From a virus, in IMG/VR virus record IMGVR_UViG_3300013102_000002, positions 1 through 64,000 of that record: DNA of 64,000 nucleotides; one strand, given 5' to 3'. The position numbers and the translations under genes were made by a program. The notes beneath the pieces were generated by a model. It did not search any database, was not told the origin of the DNA, and worked only from the letters and a program-made list of their open reading frames with translations. Positions within the stretch are counted from its first letter, which is position 1. The number at the start of each line of letters is the position of its first letter. Of the stretch, positions 17,478-28,178 are shown piece by piece.

Positions 17478-19490
17478 TCACATCAATAAATCGATGACAT
17501 TAGAAATAATACCACCAATAAATTCATTTGCAAATGAACTAGGATGAATTTGATCATCATAAAGTAACTCATAGTCTAGCATTCCCTTGTCAACTGAATC
17601 TTGAAAGTATTCGTTGAAATCTATCAAACCATAATTGTTTACTTCGCAGAATTCTTTTAATGCTACGAAATAGTCGGAGTAATTAATTGCCGAATGTCCA
17701 GCGCCCTGATACTGAATTGTCTTGTCTCCAATCGTACTCAAGAACAAGAAGTCTGTCTTTTTAGTACCGCCGGAGTTCTTGTGGTTATTTAACTTCGTGA
17801 CCAGTGCAGCTAGATTGCTTTTAAATGTGGCAATCGAAGTCTGCGCGAGGTACTCATTAACAATTGGTGCCTGTACCACGGCCAAAGTTGGAGTAAATGG
17901 GACGTAATTGAGAATTTCATCTATGTAGTGAGGTGAACCATCATTTAGCCATGACCCAACAGCGGCAGCCCCAATGGAAAAATTACGAACATTATTCCCG
18001 CCAAATATAATACCACGCAATTTAATCACCGGAGAACCATACGCCGTTCCACCTGTCGTGGTGAAATTCGTTGCACTCCCATTCGCCCCAGCGTATCCGA
18101 AATAGAGATCACCTTTTTGTTTGAGACCATAATCAATACAGTATACACACTCGCTTGCACTAGTTGCATAGGTGTCAATAACAACATTACCCGTATTTAT
18201 TACAACTTCGGGTGAAGAGAGTAGTGTGTGAGATCCGTCTACCACTTTGTACACTTTGGGATAGCCAGATACAGCAGGATAAAATGCATTTGCTGTGTTT
18301 CGTCTATCTAAAGATAATAATCCTGCGTTTGTTATTCCATTATTTTCGTCCGAAAAAAACACCTCGAACTTGCCGCAGGTTGGTCCTTTTTGTGCGCCAA
18401 TATACACCTTACGCACAGAATCTTTCATTTCAACGCGAAACATGGCTGTATTTATTTTACTCTGATACACTTTTGCTCCAGCATATAAGTAGGGGCTGAG
18501 ATCATCGGTTAATATTGTTCCGTCAGACCTTGTAAGAAAAATGTTTACTCCACCTTTATCAGCAGAAAGTGGCAGAATATTACTTACTTTAACTTCCCCA
18601 TATCCAGGAATATATATATAACTTCCGATTGATAGCCAATCGGGTAAAATATATTCCGCAGTATGAATGACATTACTTGATCCACCGGAGGTAAGCAAGT
18701 AATAAATACCTCCGTTATTTTTGTACAGGGTAAATCCCGATTCTGTAGCGTATTTACCATTTGGAACAACCTCAAAATAATCATATCGATTTAAGACACG
18801 TTGTGTTTTTTGGGTTTTTTCAGGACCAATGATCAAAGCGCCAGTACCAATTTTGTTCTGAAAAGCAAAATATCCTATATTAGCTACTGCATTGTCGCTA
18901 TTTGCTGCCCAAGAGTAGAACCCGCTGGCCTCAACAGGCGTGATTAAACTTAATGATCCCTCTCCGTAATTACCAGATAAAATGTGAATACAATCACTAT
19001 TTTTATTAATTCCCTCTTTGTCTGCGAACAGTATCTGTGAAATTTCTTTAGCTCCCAGTTCGTTCGATGTAGAAAAAGGAATGATTGATGTAGTATATAG
19101 TTTGTATTTTTGCTCTAGATGTTCCAATAGCCGAGCAAAGAAACCTTCGCTATACGGAAACGACATATGTCGTGAAAAATATACACCCTCAAAATCATTT
19201 TCTGGTGCGCCTTGACCCCATCCGTGAGAGTCTCCAAAAAACAGTATCTCTCTGTCAAATGTTTTTTTTGCTCTACGGTTGACTGTAAGTACTGGAAAAC
19301 TGGCAGAATCAATATTTATAGCATATTTTTTTAGAAACGAAATACTGAACATAGCGGTGTTGGTCTTTGCATCAATGTTTGTAATATCATCAACCGTATA
19401 TTCTGTGTTTTCATCAGAAACTGATCCTGCTGCTATGGATATCCATGACGAAGACTCGCTGTCAAATTTTTTTAATGGTATTTGTGGCAT
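17478..19490 (-). CDS. Tail spike/receptor-binding protein with SGNH esterase domain
   Basis: FFGDSHGWG...DQIHPS; located in tail module. Confidence 0.75.
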   Translation of the reverse strand: MPQIPLKKFDSESSSWISIAAGSVSDENTEYTVDDITNIDAKTNTAMFSISFLKKYAINIDSASFPVLTVNRRAKKTFDREILFFGDSHGWGQGAPENDFEGVYFSRHMSFPYSEGFFARLLEHLEQKYKLYTTSIIPFSTSNELGAKEISQILFADKEGINKNSDCIHILSGNYGEGSLSLITPVEASGFYSWAANSDNAVANIGYFAFQNKIGTGALIIGPEKTQKTQRVLNRYDYFEVVPNGKYATESGFTLYKNNGGIYYLLTSGGSSNVIHTAEYILPDWLSIGSYIYIPGYGEVKVSNILPLSADKGGVNIFLTRSDGTILTDDLSPYLYAGAKVYQSKINTAMFRVEMKDSVRKVYIGAQKGPTCGKFEVFFSDENNGITNAGLLSLDRRNTANAFYPAVSGYPKVYKVVDGSHTLLSSPEVVINTGNVVIDTYATSASECVYCIDYGLKQKGDLYFGYAGANGSATNFTTTGGTAYGSPVIKLRGIIFGGNNVRNFSIGAAAVGSWLNDGSPHYIDEILNYVPFTPTLAVVQAPIVNEYLAQTSIATFKSNLAALVTKLNNHKNSGGTKKTDFLFLSTIGDKTIQYQGAGHSAINYSDYFVALKEFCEVNNYGLIDFNEYFQDSVDKGMLDYELLYDDQIHPSSFANEFIGGIISNVIDLLM

Positions 19491-19598
19491 TGCAAATTAA
19501 ACACCTTTCTAATCATAATTTGCGACTTGTTAGATATCTATACAAAATATAAATATCTAATAAAAAACCAACAAAAAGTAGATTTTATATTTTTATCA

Positions 19599-19871
19599 TT
19601 ATGGACTATTGTTGATGCTCTGATTACCTTCATTATATTTATTCCAAAGAACTAATAATTCATCGTCAGATCTGACTTTAATCTCATTTTCGTTGTAGAT
19701 AAAACGAGGTATGGTTGACATAAACATAATTTCTAGGTTGAAATGTCTCTCTGTGTTTTCAGAGATAAATATGTCAGATGCTAATGGACTTTCAAATGCA
19801 TCTGAAAAAGTGTGTATTACATTTTTGTCTTTATCTGTTCGAACAAAGTGTTTATACATAATCATGAGCAA
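19599..19871 (-). CDS. Tail fibre chaperone-like small protein
   Basis: FSDAFESP...RHFN motif; directly after a fibre gene; start may be a later Met. Confidence 0.6.
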   Translation of the reverse strand: MLMIMYKHFVRTDKDKNVIHTFSDAFESPLASDIFISENTERHFNLEIMFMSTIPRFIYNENEIKVRSDDELLVLWNKYNEGNQSINNSP

Positions 19872-19880
19872 TTTACCTCC

Positions 19881-20933
19881 TTAAATTTCAGCATCGGCAG
19901 TATAGGACTCCAGTATTGATGGGACAGAGCCTCCAAAATTAAATCCTGAATTTGTTATTCCCTCAACTACCGAAATTGTAGAACCAGTAAAGGGAGTTGT
20001 GGTTACTGTTGGGATTGTACGCATAGTTACGGGAAATACTACACGTCCCCTATAACTAGTTCCTAAACTATACGAGTACAAAAATCCAAAATTATACGAT
20101 GAATAATACCTTTGACACAACATCAACTCTTCCGAGGGACTGCGCGGTTGAAATGACATTGCTGATTCTCCTGAGCATATTTGAACTTGAGCAATATCAA
20201 TCGTGCCGCTGCCCACAAAAGTTTCGGATATTGTGTCTCCAACCGTTGTAGAAGTCGTTGTTCCCCAGACATATTGAATGTCGAATCCCAAAGCATCACT
20301 AACATTTGTTCCAAATGTCTTACCTGATAATGTGTTAAGGTTGAAGGTAAATGTATATTTCGTCCAGGTAGGTGTAAGGGTCCACTTGTTCCCAGAAATT
20401 GTTTCAACAGCACTAGGAGAACCACCAGCACCATAATACTGAAATAACTTAATACCAATTTTTTTGTTTGCGATTGAACTACGCGCCCAAAAACTAACTG
20501 TTACTTTTTTACTTGTCCCCGCAAGTAATCTTGTGCCGTTTTCAATCAATTGGCGAAGAACATATTCTGCTGTAGCTCCATATCCACTGCCTGAACCATT
20601 TACATTAATTCGATAATAATATATTGAACTGTTTAAATCTCCTGGATTGATTGATTGTTTTGAATGTGTAATAGATGTAGGTAAAGTACCTCCAGCAGTA
20701 TTATAGCTTGTAACCCATCTGTCAGCACCATACGCACCATTAGCCGGATTAACAAAGGAAGTTCCGCGTTGCCAAACATCAAAATTGCCGTTTATAAGAG
20801 CCTGTCTAGACAACGATGCAAGACCCATTTGATTAACGCCATATTCACTTATTCCATCTGAGACAGATCCTGCCGCAACTCCAACCCACGACGATGTTCC
20901 TGTATCATACCTTCTTAAAGGTTCGCTTGCCAT
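19881..20933 (-). CDS. Tail fibre/receptor-binding protein with carbohydrate-binding module
   Basis: LINGNFDVWQRG, ADRW, VTVSFWA, EELMLCQRYY. Confidence 0.85.
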   Translation of the reverse strand: MASEPLRRYDTGTSSWVGVAAGSVSDGISEYGVNQMGLASLSRQALINGNFDVWQRGTSFVNPANGAYGADRWVTSYNTAGGTLPTSITHSKQSINPGDLNSSIYYYRINVNGSGSGYGATAEYVLRQLIENGTRLLAGTSKKVTVSFWARSSIANKKIGIKLFQYYGAGGSPSAVETISGNKWTLTPTWTKYTFTFNLNTLSGKTFGTNVSDALGFDIQYVWGTTTSTTVGDTISETFVGSGTIDIAQVQICSGESAMSFQPRSPSEELMLCQRYYSSYNFGFLYSYSLGTSYRGRVVFPVTMRTIPTVTTTPFTGSTISVVEGITNSGFNFGGSVPSILESYTADAEI

Positions 20934-20977
20934 TTATTAACTTCACTCCTTGATTATGTATATTTATCGATACTGCA

Positions 20978-21694
20978 CTAAACCTTTTGCCATAACATTG
21001 TTGTGTCACTAGGCGCTGTTGCTCCTACATATAACATTCCTGTTTTAGCATTTAACTGAGCCTGTATATTACTAGTTAATCCGTCCAAGTATCCAAATTC
21101 AGTATTCGTGATTCCTGCCGTACCGATCTTAGTAGCATCTATTTGTGCTGATGCATTAATATCGGCATTCACAATCACTCCTGCCGCTATGGCAGTCGTA
21201 GTGGTTCCAGCAGTCATAGTTATGTCTCCAGACAGTGCTGGCATACGAGCAGCCAACAATGTTCCACTGGACAAATCTCCTGCTGAACGAGTAACTAGGT
21301 CAGCCAAAGACGATCCTGTCTTGCTAATCTTTGTCCATCCAATCGCAGCAGACGAGTTAACATCGGCATCAACTATTACTCCAGCACTAATAGCTGTCAC
21401 AGTACTGCCAGCAGCAGAAGTAATGTCACCTGTTAGAGCTTCGGAATATGCCCCAGGAAGAAAACCACTGGAATCTAATGGAGCATAGCCATTAGCCTGA
21501 CCTTTCTCAGATGTAGACTGTTTGTTATTAATCTGTGTTTGGATTAGCGAGGTAACTCCACTCAAATATCCAACTTCTACCGCTGTAGTTGTAGAAGACA
21601 TAAGTTTTTTACTTCCATCTGTTACCAATGCTCTACTTGCTGTCAAACTTGTTATTGTAGCATCTGTAAATATTGAGGCATCTAAAGACTTCAA
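20978..21694 (-). CDS. Tail fibre shaft/adaptor protein
   Basis: YL.GVTS.IQTQ repeats; KGQANGYAPLD; shares module with 745-aa fibre. Confidence 0.75.
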   Translation of the reverse strand: MKSLDASIFTDATITSLTASRALVTDGSKKLMSSTTTAVEVGYLSGVTSLIQTQINNKQSTSEKGQANGYAPLDSSGFLPGAYSEALTGDITSAAGSTVTAISAGVIVDADVNSSAAIGWTKISKTGSSLADLVTRSAGDLSSGTLLAARMPALSGDITMTAGTTTTAIAAGVIVNADINASAQIDATKIGTAGITNTEFGYLDGLTSNIQAQLNAKTGMLYVGATAPSDTTMLWQKV

Positions 21695-21706
21695 AATCTC
21701 GCCTCC

Positions 21707-22018
21707 TTAACTTTCAATATCAATTAATTTTTCTTCTTCTTTTTTAACTTCTTCTTGGATAGGTGAACGAAGAATGTTTGTCAATTCAAGAATTGAATCG
21801 GCAACACCTAATCCATTTGATTTGATCGCACTATCAAAAATTTGCTCCAAGATTGTCATATCAATATTAGTAAACTGGCAAATACCTTCTTTATTGTTAT
21901 TCAATATATTTACAATATAAAGAACTTGTTCCAGTCTTCCATAGCCAGAATATCTAAGCGAAAGGTCAGAAATCTTCTTAAAATTTTCTAACTGCTGATT
22001 ATTAAATTGATATCTCAT
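21707..22018 (-). CDS. Hypothetical tail-region protein
   Basis: GGGAG RBS, in operon. Confidence 0.7.
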   Translation of the reverse strand: MRYQFNNQQLENFKKISDLSLRYSGYGRLEQVLYIVNILNNNKEGICQFTNIDMTILEQIFDSAIKSNGLGVADSILELTNILRSPIQEEVKKEEEKLIDIES

Positions 22019-22044
22019 ATGTATTAAAACTCCCTTTAATATAT

Positions 22045-24282
22045 TTATCCCATAACTACAACTCTATATTGATTTGTAGTAGGAGCCACAGCGAAATCTA
22101 ATGTAACTACAGTTGTACTTGTCATTGTAATATCAGGGATAACCTGTTCGAAGGTAGTAGCATCATAAAGAATTACTTGGATATCTCTGGTTCCCAAGTT
22201 ATGAGTCACTGGAATAGAAGTGAGTGTTCCATTGCCAATAGTAGCAGCATATCTGGTCATAAATCCTAAATTAGTTTTTGCTGCCGCAGCAGTTGTACCA
22301 CCAGTACCACCATTGGCAACGGCTATAGCAGTACTGTTCCATACTCCTGTGGTGACAGTACCTAGCGTTGTAATACTTGCAGAGCCTGAACCTGTTAGTT
22401 CTGAATAGGCTACACTGCCCCATATATAACTTCCTGCTGTGGCTGTTGCCTTAAGAGTCTTATTGGCGTTACCTGTGCCATTTGCAGGAACATGAAGATT
22501 ACCATCTCCTGATGGATGAGTATAAACTGTTTGGTTAACTCCATTAATGGTGATAACACCATTAGTTGCTGGATTGGTTACTAAAGTTGCTCCAGCAGCA
22601 ATACCATTAAGCTTTGTTAGCATCGCCCCAGACATTAAACCTGAATTACCACCAGCGACAGCATCAGGAATGACATCGATTCCACCTGTGACATGGTCAC
22701 TACCATGAATAGGATATGGAGTGCCGGAGTAAGCCTGAATATATTTGATTACAACTTTTGTTCCAGCAGAAATACCAGCATTTAAAGTTACAACAGTAGA
22801 AGAGGTTTCGATGTAGGCATCTTCATCCTGCCATAAGTTATCCAGTCTAACATCGACACGATGTTTATTGGGAACATATGTACCAGTTGTTAAAGTGAAT
22901 GCCGTTTGACCTTCTGTGGCTACGAACGATTCATATTTGATAACATAGTTTGTATCAACGGCATTATTATCAGCAGATAAAACACCACTACCATCAACGG
23001 ATAGGTTAGTTCCTACGATTATTCCGCCTAATGTGGTAGTAGTTGCAGGGATTACAGATATCGTGTTTCCACTTTTAGTTAATCCTACACCAGTTATAAT
23101 TTGACCCGCACCACTAAATTGAGTAAATACTAATGCTGTTGTTCCAAAAGTGATTGGATTATTTGTAGTTAAAACAAAACCGTTATTATCATTAACAGTC
23201 CCAGATTCAACAAAGGTAAACATCCCAGCGGTAACTTTTGCAGAAGTATCTGCGTCTGTTGCACGCGTCCACGAACCTGAAGCAACGACATAAATACCGT
23301 TTTGAGAACCAGTAGTCTGATCCTTAACTAACACACGGTCTCCAGCAACTAAAGTTACTCCATCAATGGTTTGTATACCACTTAAGGTAATGTTTGCAGT
23401 AGTAGCAACTCTAACGGATTCTTTAAAATCTAGCCCTTGTTTATATGCATCAACATATTGTTTTGTCGCTGCCTGTAGGGCTAACGTTGGATCTGCTGGT
23501 AAAGTTACCGTTCCCGTAAATACGGGATTGTTTACAGGAGCTTTAGCATTTAATTGGGTTTGGATTGCACTTGTTACGCCATCTAGATAGTTAAATTCAG
23601 TAGTTGTTACTAATCCCGTACCAAGTTTAGTGATATCGATGTTGGCACTAGCATTTACATCGGCGTCAACTATTGCACCAGCGGTAATTGCAACAGTATT
23701 TGTTCCTGCTGTCATAGTTACATCGCCAGTAAGGGCAGGGAGTCGTGCAGCAAGTAAAGTCCCACTTGATAAATCTCCGGCAGACCTTGTTGCTAAATCA
23801 GCAAGTGATGAACCTGTTTTTGATATTTTAGTCCATCCAATAGCAGCTGCACTATTTACATCAGCATCTACGATAACTCCAGCAGCGATTGCAGTTACTC
23901 CGTCACCCGTTGAAGTAACATCTCCAGTATGATTAGGATGCACATAGTTATTTGCTCCCGTTGCAACTCCAGCCAACTTTGTAAAATCAGCAGAACTCAT
24001 TGATCCTGCGGCAGAACCAGAGGCCGGAGAGATGGATACTGTTACTGTTGATCCACTTAGCGATGCTCCGATAGGTGCAGTACCAACAATAGATGTAATT
24101 GTTCCAACACTGGTCAGTTCAATCCATGCGGTTCCGTTCCACATAAAGGCTTTGTTAACAGTGGTATTAAAATAAGCCTGACCACTGACAGGAGAGGACG
24201 GGGCGGTTGCTAAATTTTGAAGTCTGGCATTTTGTAATTCATTTTGATTTAGGTCTAAATTTGAAAGATGTTTCAGTTTCAA
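22045..24282 (-). CDS. Long tail fibre protein
   Basis: AATKQYVD, FKESVRVATT.NITLSG.QTIDGV..GDRVLVKDQ...NGIY, ANGGTG, C-terminal HNLG domain. Confidence 0.85.
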   Translation of the reverse strand: MKLKHLSNLDLNQNELQNARLQNLATAPSSPVSGQAYFNTTVNKAFMWNGTAWIELTSVGTITSIVGTAPIGASLSGSTVTVSISPASGSAAGSMSSADFTKLAGVATGANNYVHPNHTGDVTSTGDGVTAIAAGVIVDADVNSAAAIGWTKISKTGSSLADLATRSAGDLSSGTLLAARLPALTGDVTMTAGTNTVAITAGAIVDADVNASANIDITKLGTGLVTTTEFNYLDGVTSAIQTQLNAKAPVNNPVFTGTVTLPADPTLALQAATKQYVDAYKQGLDFKESVRVATTANITLSGIQTIDGVTLVAGDRVLVKDQTTGSQNGIYVVASGSWTRATDADTSAKVTAGMFTFVESGTVNDNNGFVLTTNNPITFGTTALVFTQFSGAGQIITGVGLTKSGNTISVIPATTTTLGGIIVGTNLSVDGSGVLSADNNAVDTNYVIKYESFVATEGQTAFTLTTGTYVPNKHRVDVRLDNLWQDEDAYIETSSTVVTLNAGISAGTKVVIKYIQAYSGTPYPIHGSDHVTGGIDVIPDAVAGGNSGLMSGAMLTKLNGIAAGATLVTNPATNGVITINGVNQTVYTHPSGDGNLHVPANGTGNANKTLKATATAGSYIWGSVAYSELTGSGSASITTLGTVTTGVWNSTAIAVANGGTGGTTAAAAKTNLGFMTRYAATIGNGTLTSIPVTHNLGTRDIQVILYDATTFEQVIPDITMTSTTVVTLDFAVAPTTNQYRVVVMG

Positions 24283-24322
24283 GAACTCCTTTCATACCAT
24301 TGTAGAGTTCAATGATATATTT

Positions 24323-24826
24323 TTATTGCCCTACATACGCCTTGCCTGAAAATGCAGCAGTGAATGATAGTGTGATTGTGTCAGGAGATGTATATTGAAC
24401 ATCTCCTTGTAACAAATTACCACTGCTATCTACAATACTGACATTTGGATATCTACTGAGATTATGCACAATATTCCATGTTGCCGAAGGAGATATTTGG
24501 TTATGAGTGTATGTTTCATAGTCTCCTCCACCACTATCATAGGCTTCTGTGCCAGTAGCTCTCTTATAAGGAATAAATTTATTATTGGGATCACCATTAA
24601 CATAATGAACCCATACTTCGTCTCCAGCAACAAATATAATGTTCGGATTACAAGGAACACTATATGAAGTGTCTGTTATACCATTAAGATATACTTTGAC
24701 TGCATATCTAGAAATAACTGACTCTACAGTCCCTACGTGATAATCTCCACCAATTAGATTTCTATTATTTAACTCCATATTGACAACAGATTTGATTAAT
24801 TCTAGAAGCATTTCTTTGTCGCTCAT
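24323..24826 (-). CDS. Baseplate/spike-like protein (OB-fold N-terminus, HNL C-terminal domain)
   Basis: GTVESV...GDEVWV; W.IVHNL..YPNV. Confidence 0.6.
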   Translation of the reverse strand: MSDKEMLLELIKSVVNMELNNRNLIGGDYHVGTVESVISRYAVKVYLNGITDTSYSVPCNPNIIFVAGDEVWVHYVNGDPNNKFIPYKRATGTEAYDSGGGDYETYTHNQISPSATWNIVHNLSRYPNVSIVDSSGNLLQGDVQYTSPDTITLSFTAAFSGKAYVGQ

Positions 24827-24839
24827 TTTTTCACAGCCT

Positions 24840-26021
24840 TTAAACAAAGTCCCAATCATTCAAAACTTTATTGTATTTGATGCAGTCAAAATCCATTAAT
24901 TGAGGGGTAATTGGGAGGGAGAAGGATTCTATTAGGTATTTTCCGGTTACTGAATTACTGGAATCTTCAACACCCACAATATCATTAGCATCCAATATAT
25001 AGAGTGGAGCACTAGACAGTGATAAGCGTTCAGTGAATGATAACCTCTTCATCATTTCATATTTTGCTCTCCAAAACACAGGTCCATTGTCGGTTCCACC
25101 AAGTAGAGGATCTGGATTTCCATCATTGTGATAATATAAAATATCACCAATTTTTTCTACCGTGTATGGACTTCCAGTCCAACGAGGGTCGGAATCGGAT
25201 ATTACAAGTTCATATCTTTGAGTAGCTGTTTGACCCGAACCGCCGAGTACAATAATTCTATTGCAGATAGTATCTTCTAACTTTCTAGTGTTCCCTGCAT
25301 AGAATCTGTCTTTTTGATCGTAATTAAAACTCCAGACAGTAGGAAATGTACTGAATTCATTTAGATCAATATTTCTTAAACGCAGATACCCATATACATC
25401 ATAATAAATCGTACACTTCGCAAGTATCGCTAATTCAGAAATTGCTTCCCATCGACTAGTACCAGCCTCATACACTAATTCATAAGGCACCGTTTCTGTG
25501 ACTGTGTCAAAGTTAAAAAGTGTTTCGCCAGCGCCACCAGCAATTGTTTTAATAGCTTGAGCAATATTTGCTCCAGTTTCAATGGTAGTCGTATTGATAA
25601 ACTTGCCTCTTCGGTCAGTCAACATGTACGCTTTGTCCTGGCCCTGAATAGTTGCAATTTTCCCATCAAGAGTATGACTGTCTGAGGGTTCTGTAAGGAT
25701 AAACACACCCTGTGGAATGTACTCAATTGTACCGTTAGGCAATTTTAAACCTATGAATAGTTTAATTCTTTTATCAAGCCAAAACAGAGAAGAATCGGAC
25801 CAATCATATTCATTGTTTAAATTTTTCAATGAGAATGAAAAACTTCTACGAATAGGACGACTAGCATCAACCGAAATTGAGCCAATATCCTCTCTTGTCA
25901 CATCTTTAGTCAGTTCTTTGATAAAGTTCATCTGGCTGTCATAGATTTCTATTTTTATGAATACGAATTTAACTGATGCCTTCATTGCTTTTAAAAAATC
26001 ATCACTGCAAATTATTGCCAC
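24840..26021 (-). CDS. Baseplate hub/tail-associated protein (DUF5048-like)
   Basis: PIRRSFS, YIPQGVF, YYDVYGYL; position after Dit-like genes. Confidence 0.65.
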   Translation of the reverse strand: MAIICSDDFLKAMKASVKFVFIKIEIYDSQMNFIKELTKDVTREDIGSISVDASRPIRRSFSFSLKNLNNEYDWSDSSLFWLDKRIKLFIGLKLPNGTIEYIPQGVFILTEPSDSHTLDGKIATIQGQDKAYMLTDRRGKFINTTTIETGANIAQAIKTIAGGAGETLFNFDTVTETVPYELVYEAGTSRWEAISELAILAKCTIYYDVYGYLRLRNIDLNEFSTFPTVWSFNYDQKDRFYAGNTRKLEDTICNRIIVLGGSGQTATQRYELVISDSDPRWTGSPYTVEKIGDILYYHNDGNPDPLLGGTDNGPVFWRAKYEMMKRLSFTERLSLSSAPLYILDANDIVGVEDSSNSVTGKYLIESFSLPITPQLMDFDCIKYNKVLNDWDFV

Positions 26022-26030
26022 ATTCTCACC

Positions 26031-26837
26031 TCAACTCTCAATAAACGTGTCATAGTCATCAATCTCTTGACAGTCAATTGAAATCTCTAAATAATCATAT
26101 CCATTCCATGTATTTAGAGGAGACGATTTTCTGAGATTACTTAAATCACAAACATAAACTTCACCATTACCTGACTTAATAATCATAGGTTTGTGTTCAA
26201 CGATGAACTTGTTCAAGATATTCAAATATGTATCGCCTGATTTAGTTAAATCGTCTGGGATCATAACCGCACTTAGAGTAAATGTATGATAAAGAGTTTC
26301 ATTATAATAAACAGAAGGATATTTACTGAATGTTTCAACTGAATATCTTCCTTGATTAAGCTGCATGTCAACCATGGGACCACTATCCATTGTTTTATCA
26401 AATGACAATACTTCATTAGTATCTTTATCAACTACAAAGTACCCAGTGAAGTCAGATGTCCCAACAATTTCATTAGGAGCGCCTTCGATACCATTTTCAC
26501 CAACAGGGTAAACACCGTAAATATACGTGTCGTTAGCCTGAGTGTAATCTGTGAAAGTGAAAGTTTCTCCTTCAATATAATCAACATTACCAATGGTTAA
26601 TGAATTTAACTCATTAACTTTTCTACGCTTAATCACAAACTTGGCAATTTTATAACCTTCATTTGTAATATTCCCTGCTTCTAAATTGCCTTTGAATTTA
26701 GCTAAGAAGTATGTATCCATTTGCCAATCATCTTTACTTGAAGTGAGATTAACTGTTCCATCAACGGCAGATCTTACATGTAACTCGTCTATAATACAAT
26801 TGGAAATTTCAACGTTGTTGATATTTACTATACTCAA
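26031..26837 (-). CDS. Baseplate/distal tail-like protein
   Basis: Position after tape measure; GGAGGTGA RBS. Confidence 0.6.
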   Translation of the reverse strand: MSIVNINNVEISNCIIDELHVRSAVDGTVNLTSSKDDWQMDTYFLAKFKGNLEAGNITNEGYKIAKFVIKRRKVNELNSLTIGNVDYIEGETFTFTDYTQANDTYIYGVYPVGENGIEGAPNEIVGTSDFTGYFVVDKDTNEVLSFDKTMDSGPMVDMQLNQGRYSVETFSKYPSVYYNETLYHTFTLSAVMIPDDLTKSGDTYLNILNKFIVEHKPMIIKSGNGEVYVCDLSNLRKSSPLNTWNGYDYLEISIDCQEIDDYDTFIES

Positions 26838-26849
26838 AAAATCACCTCC

Positions 26850-28130
26850 TTATGATACGACTGTTGCCCCAAGAGTATATATGTTATCTATTTGTTGAAT
26901 ATAAACATAAAAGCTGTTGCCCGTTGCAGAGACCGATGTTATTGGCGTTTTAACGTTAGATAAGTCATAAGATGATAAATAAAACTTGCCACTGTAGTAT
27001 TCAAGCGCCAATCTTCCGTTGTCTCCAATTAGATTTAAAATCTTAGAATTAGAAACAAATGATTCTTGGTTGATCCATACGAACGATGAACTTGGCTCGT
27101 TGTTACCAATATACAAATTAAGAAGTTTTTCTGTTGTCTGAGTAGAGTTTTGAATCCATATATTTTTATTGTCTGATGGAGCAACATTTCTCAGCGACAT
27201 TTGAATAACTATAGGAGTCGTTTGGGCAGCATCCGGTAACCACAATGCATTAATATTTGTTGGAGTTGATGCTGATTTAATAATCTGACCATCATCAGAA
27301 ATTTGATTATTAGTAAGACCTCTAAACCAGGACTTCAACGTGAAGTTATTATCTATGGAATATCCAGTATCAAACCATGCTTTGTTATTTGTCCTTGTAT
27401 CAAGTTCTTCTCCAGATATATAAATTGGATTGTTGGATTCACCAATGATTTGAGTGACATCCCAGGATAATTGCATTCCCGCTGGATCTACATTCTCAAT
27501 AGTCAAATTTACATTGAGGTTTGGAGTAGAGTAAAACACACTGAAGGGGATTAATCCTGAAGTACCCGTTAGGCTGTTGTTACTGGTCGCCTGAAACTCA
27601 ATAAAATATGATGACCCACTCGATAAATTGTCTACCGTATAACTTAATAATGGAGTTGATTGTATTCCAGACTGAGCAATGAGGACAGAATCATCATTGT
27701 ACAAATAAGCAATCCAAGACTTAATAGGGATAGACTGTGCTTGAGAATAAGAGGCAGAGAAAGTGTAGGATGGGCTTGCTACAGCAGATATACTACTTAC
27801 AGAAACTATTGGTCTAGCAGATGATTGAAAAACTTCATAATCAGACGAGGCCGTGGAGGCGCTTCCGCTATCCCAAACTTGAATAGAAATTTTATACTGA
27901 TTATTGTTCGTTAAAGTGTTTGCTGGTATTGAGTGTGAAGATGCATAAGAAGAAGTTTTACTGACAGTATATACCGTTGCATTTGTCGTATTATTCTTAA
28001 TAGTTAATGCATAAAAATATTGGATTGCTCCCGACACTTTCCACGTAACTACATTAATTTCCGTTGCATCAATTGTGATTCCTTTGAGAGATATATTGTA
28101 CGGTTTTTGAATGATTTGAATCACCTCCAT
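26850..28130 (-). CDS. Tail/baseplate protein with FN3-like domains
   Basis: First gene after TMP; beta-rich; three (A/E/T)P(S/T)...W repeats. Confidence 0.65.
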   Translation of the reverse strand: MEVIQIIQKPYNISLKGITIDATEINVVTWKVSGAIQYFYALTIKNNTTNATVYTVSKTSSYASSHSIPANTLTNNNQYKISIQVWDSGSASTASSDYEVFQSSARPIVSVSSISAVASPSYTFSASYSQAQSIPIKSWIAYLYNDDSVLIAQSGIQSTPLLSYTVDNLSSGSSYFIEFQATSNNSLTGTSGLIPFSVFYSTPNLNVNLTIENVDPAGMQLSWDVTQIIGESNNPIYISGEELDTRTNNKAWFDTGYSIDNNFTLKSWFRGLTNNQISDDGQIIKSASTPTNINALWLPDAAQTTPIVIQMSLRNVAPSDNKNIWIQNSTQTTEKLLNLYIGNNEPSSSFVWINQESFVSNSKILNLIGDNGRLALEYYSGKFYLSSYDLSNVKTPITSVSATGNSFYVYIQQIDNIYTLGATVVS

Positions 28131-28178
28131 AATTAAGACGACACCATAGTGAGAACGGATGCCGTCTTAATAGGTTAA

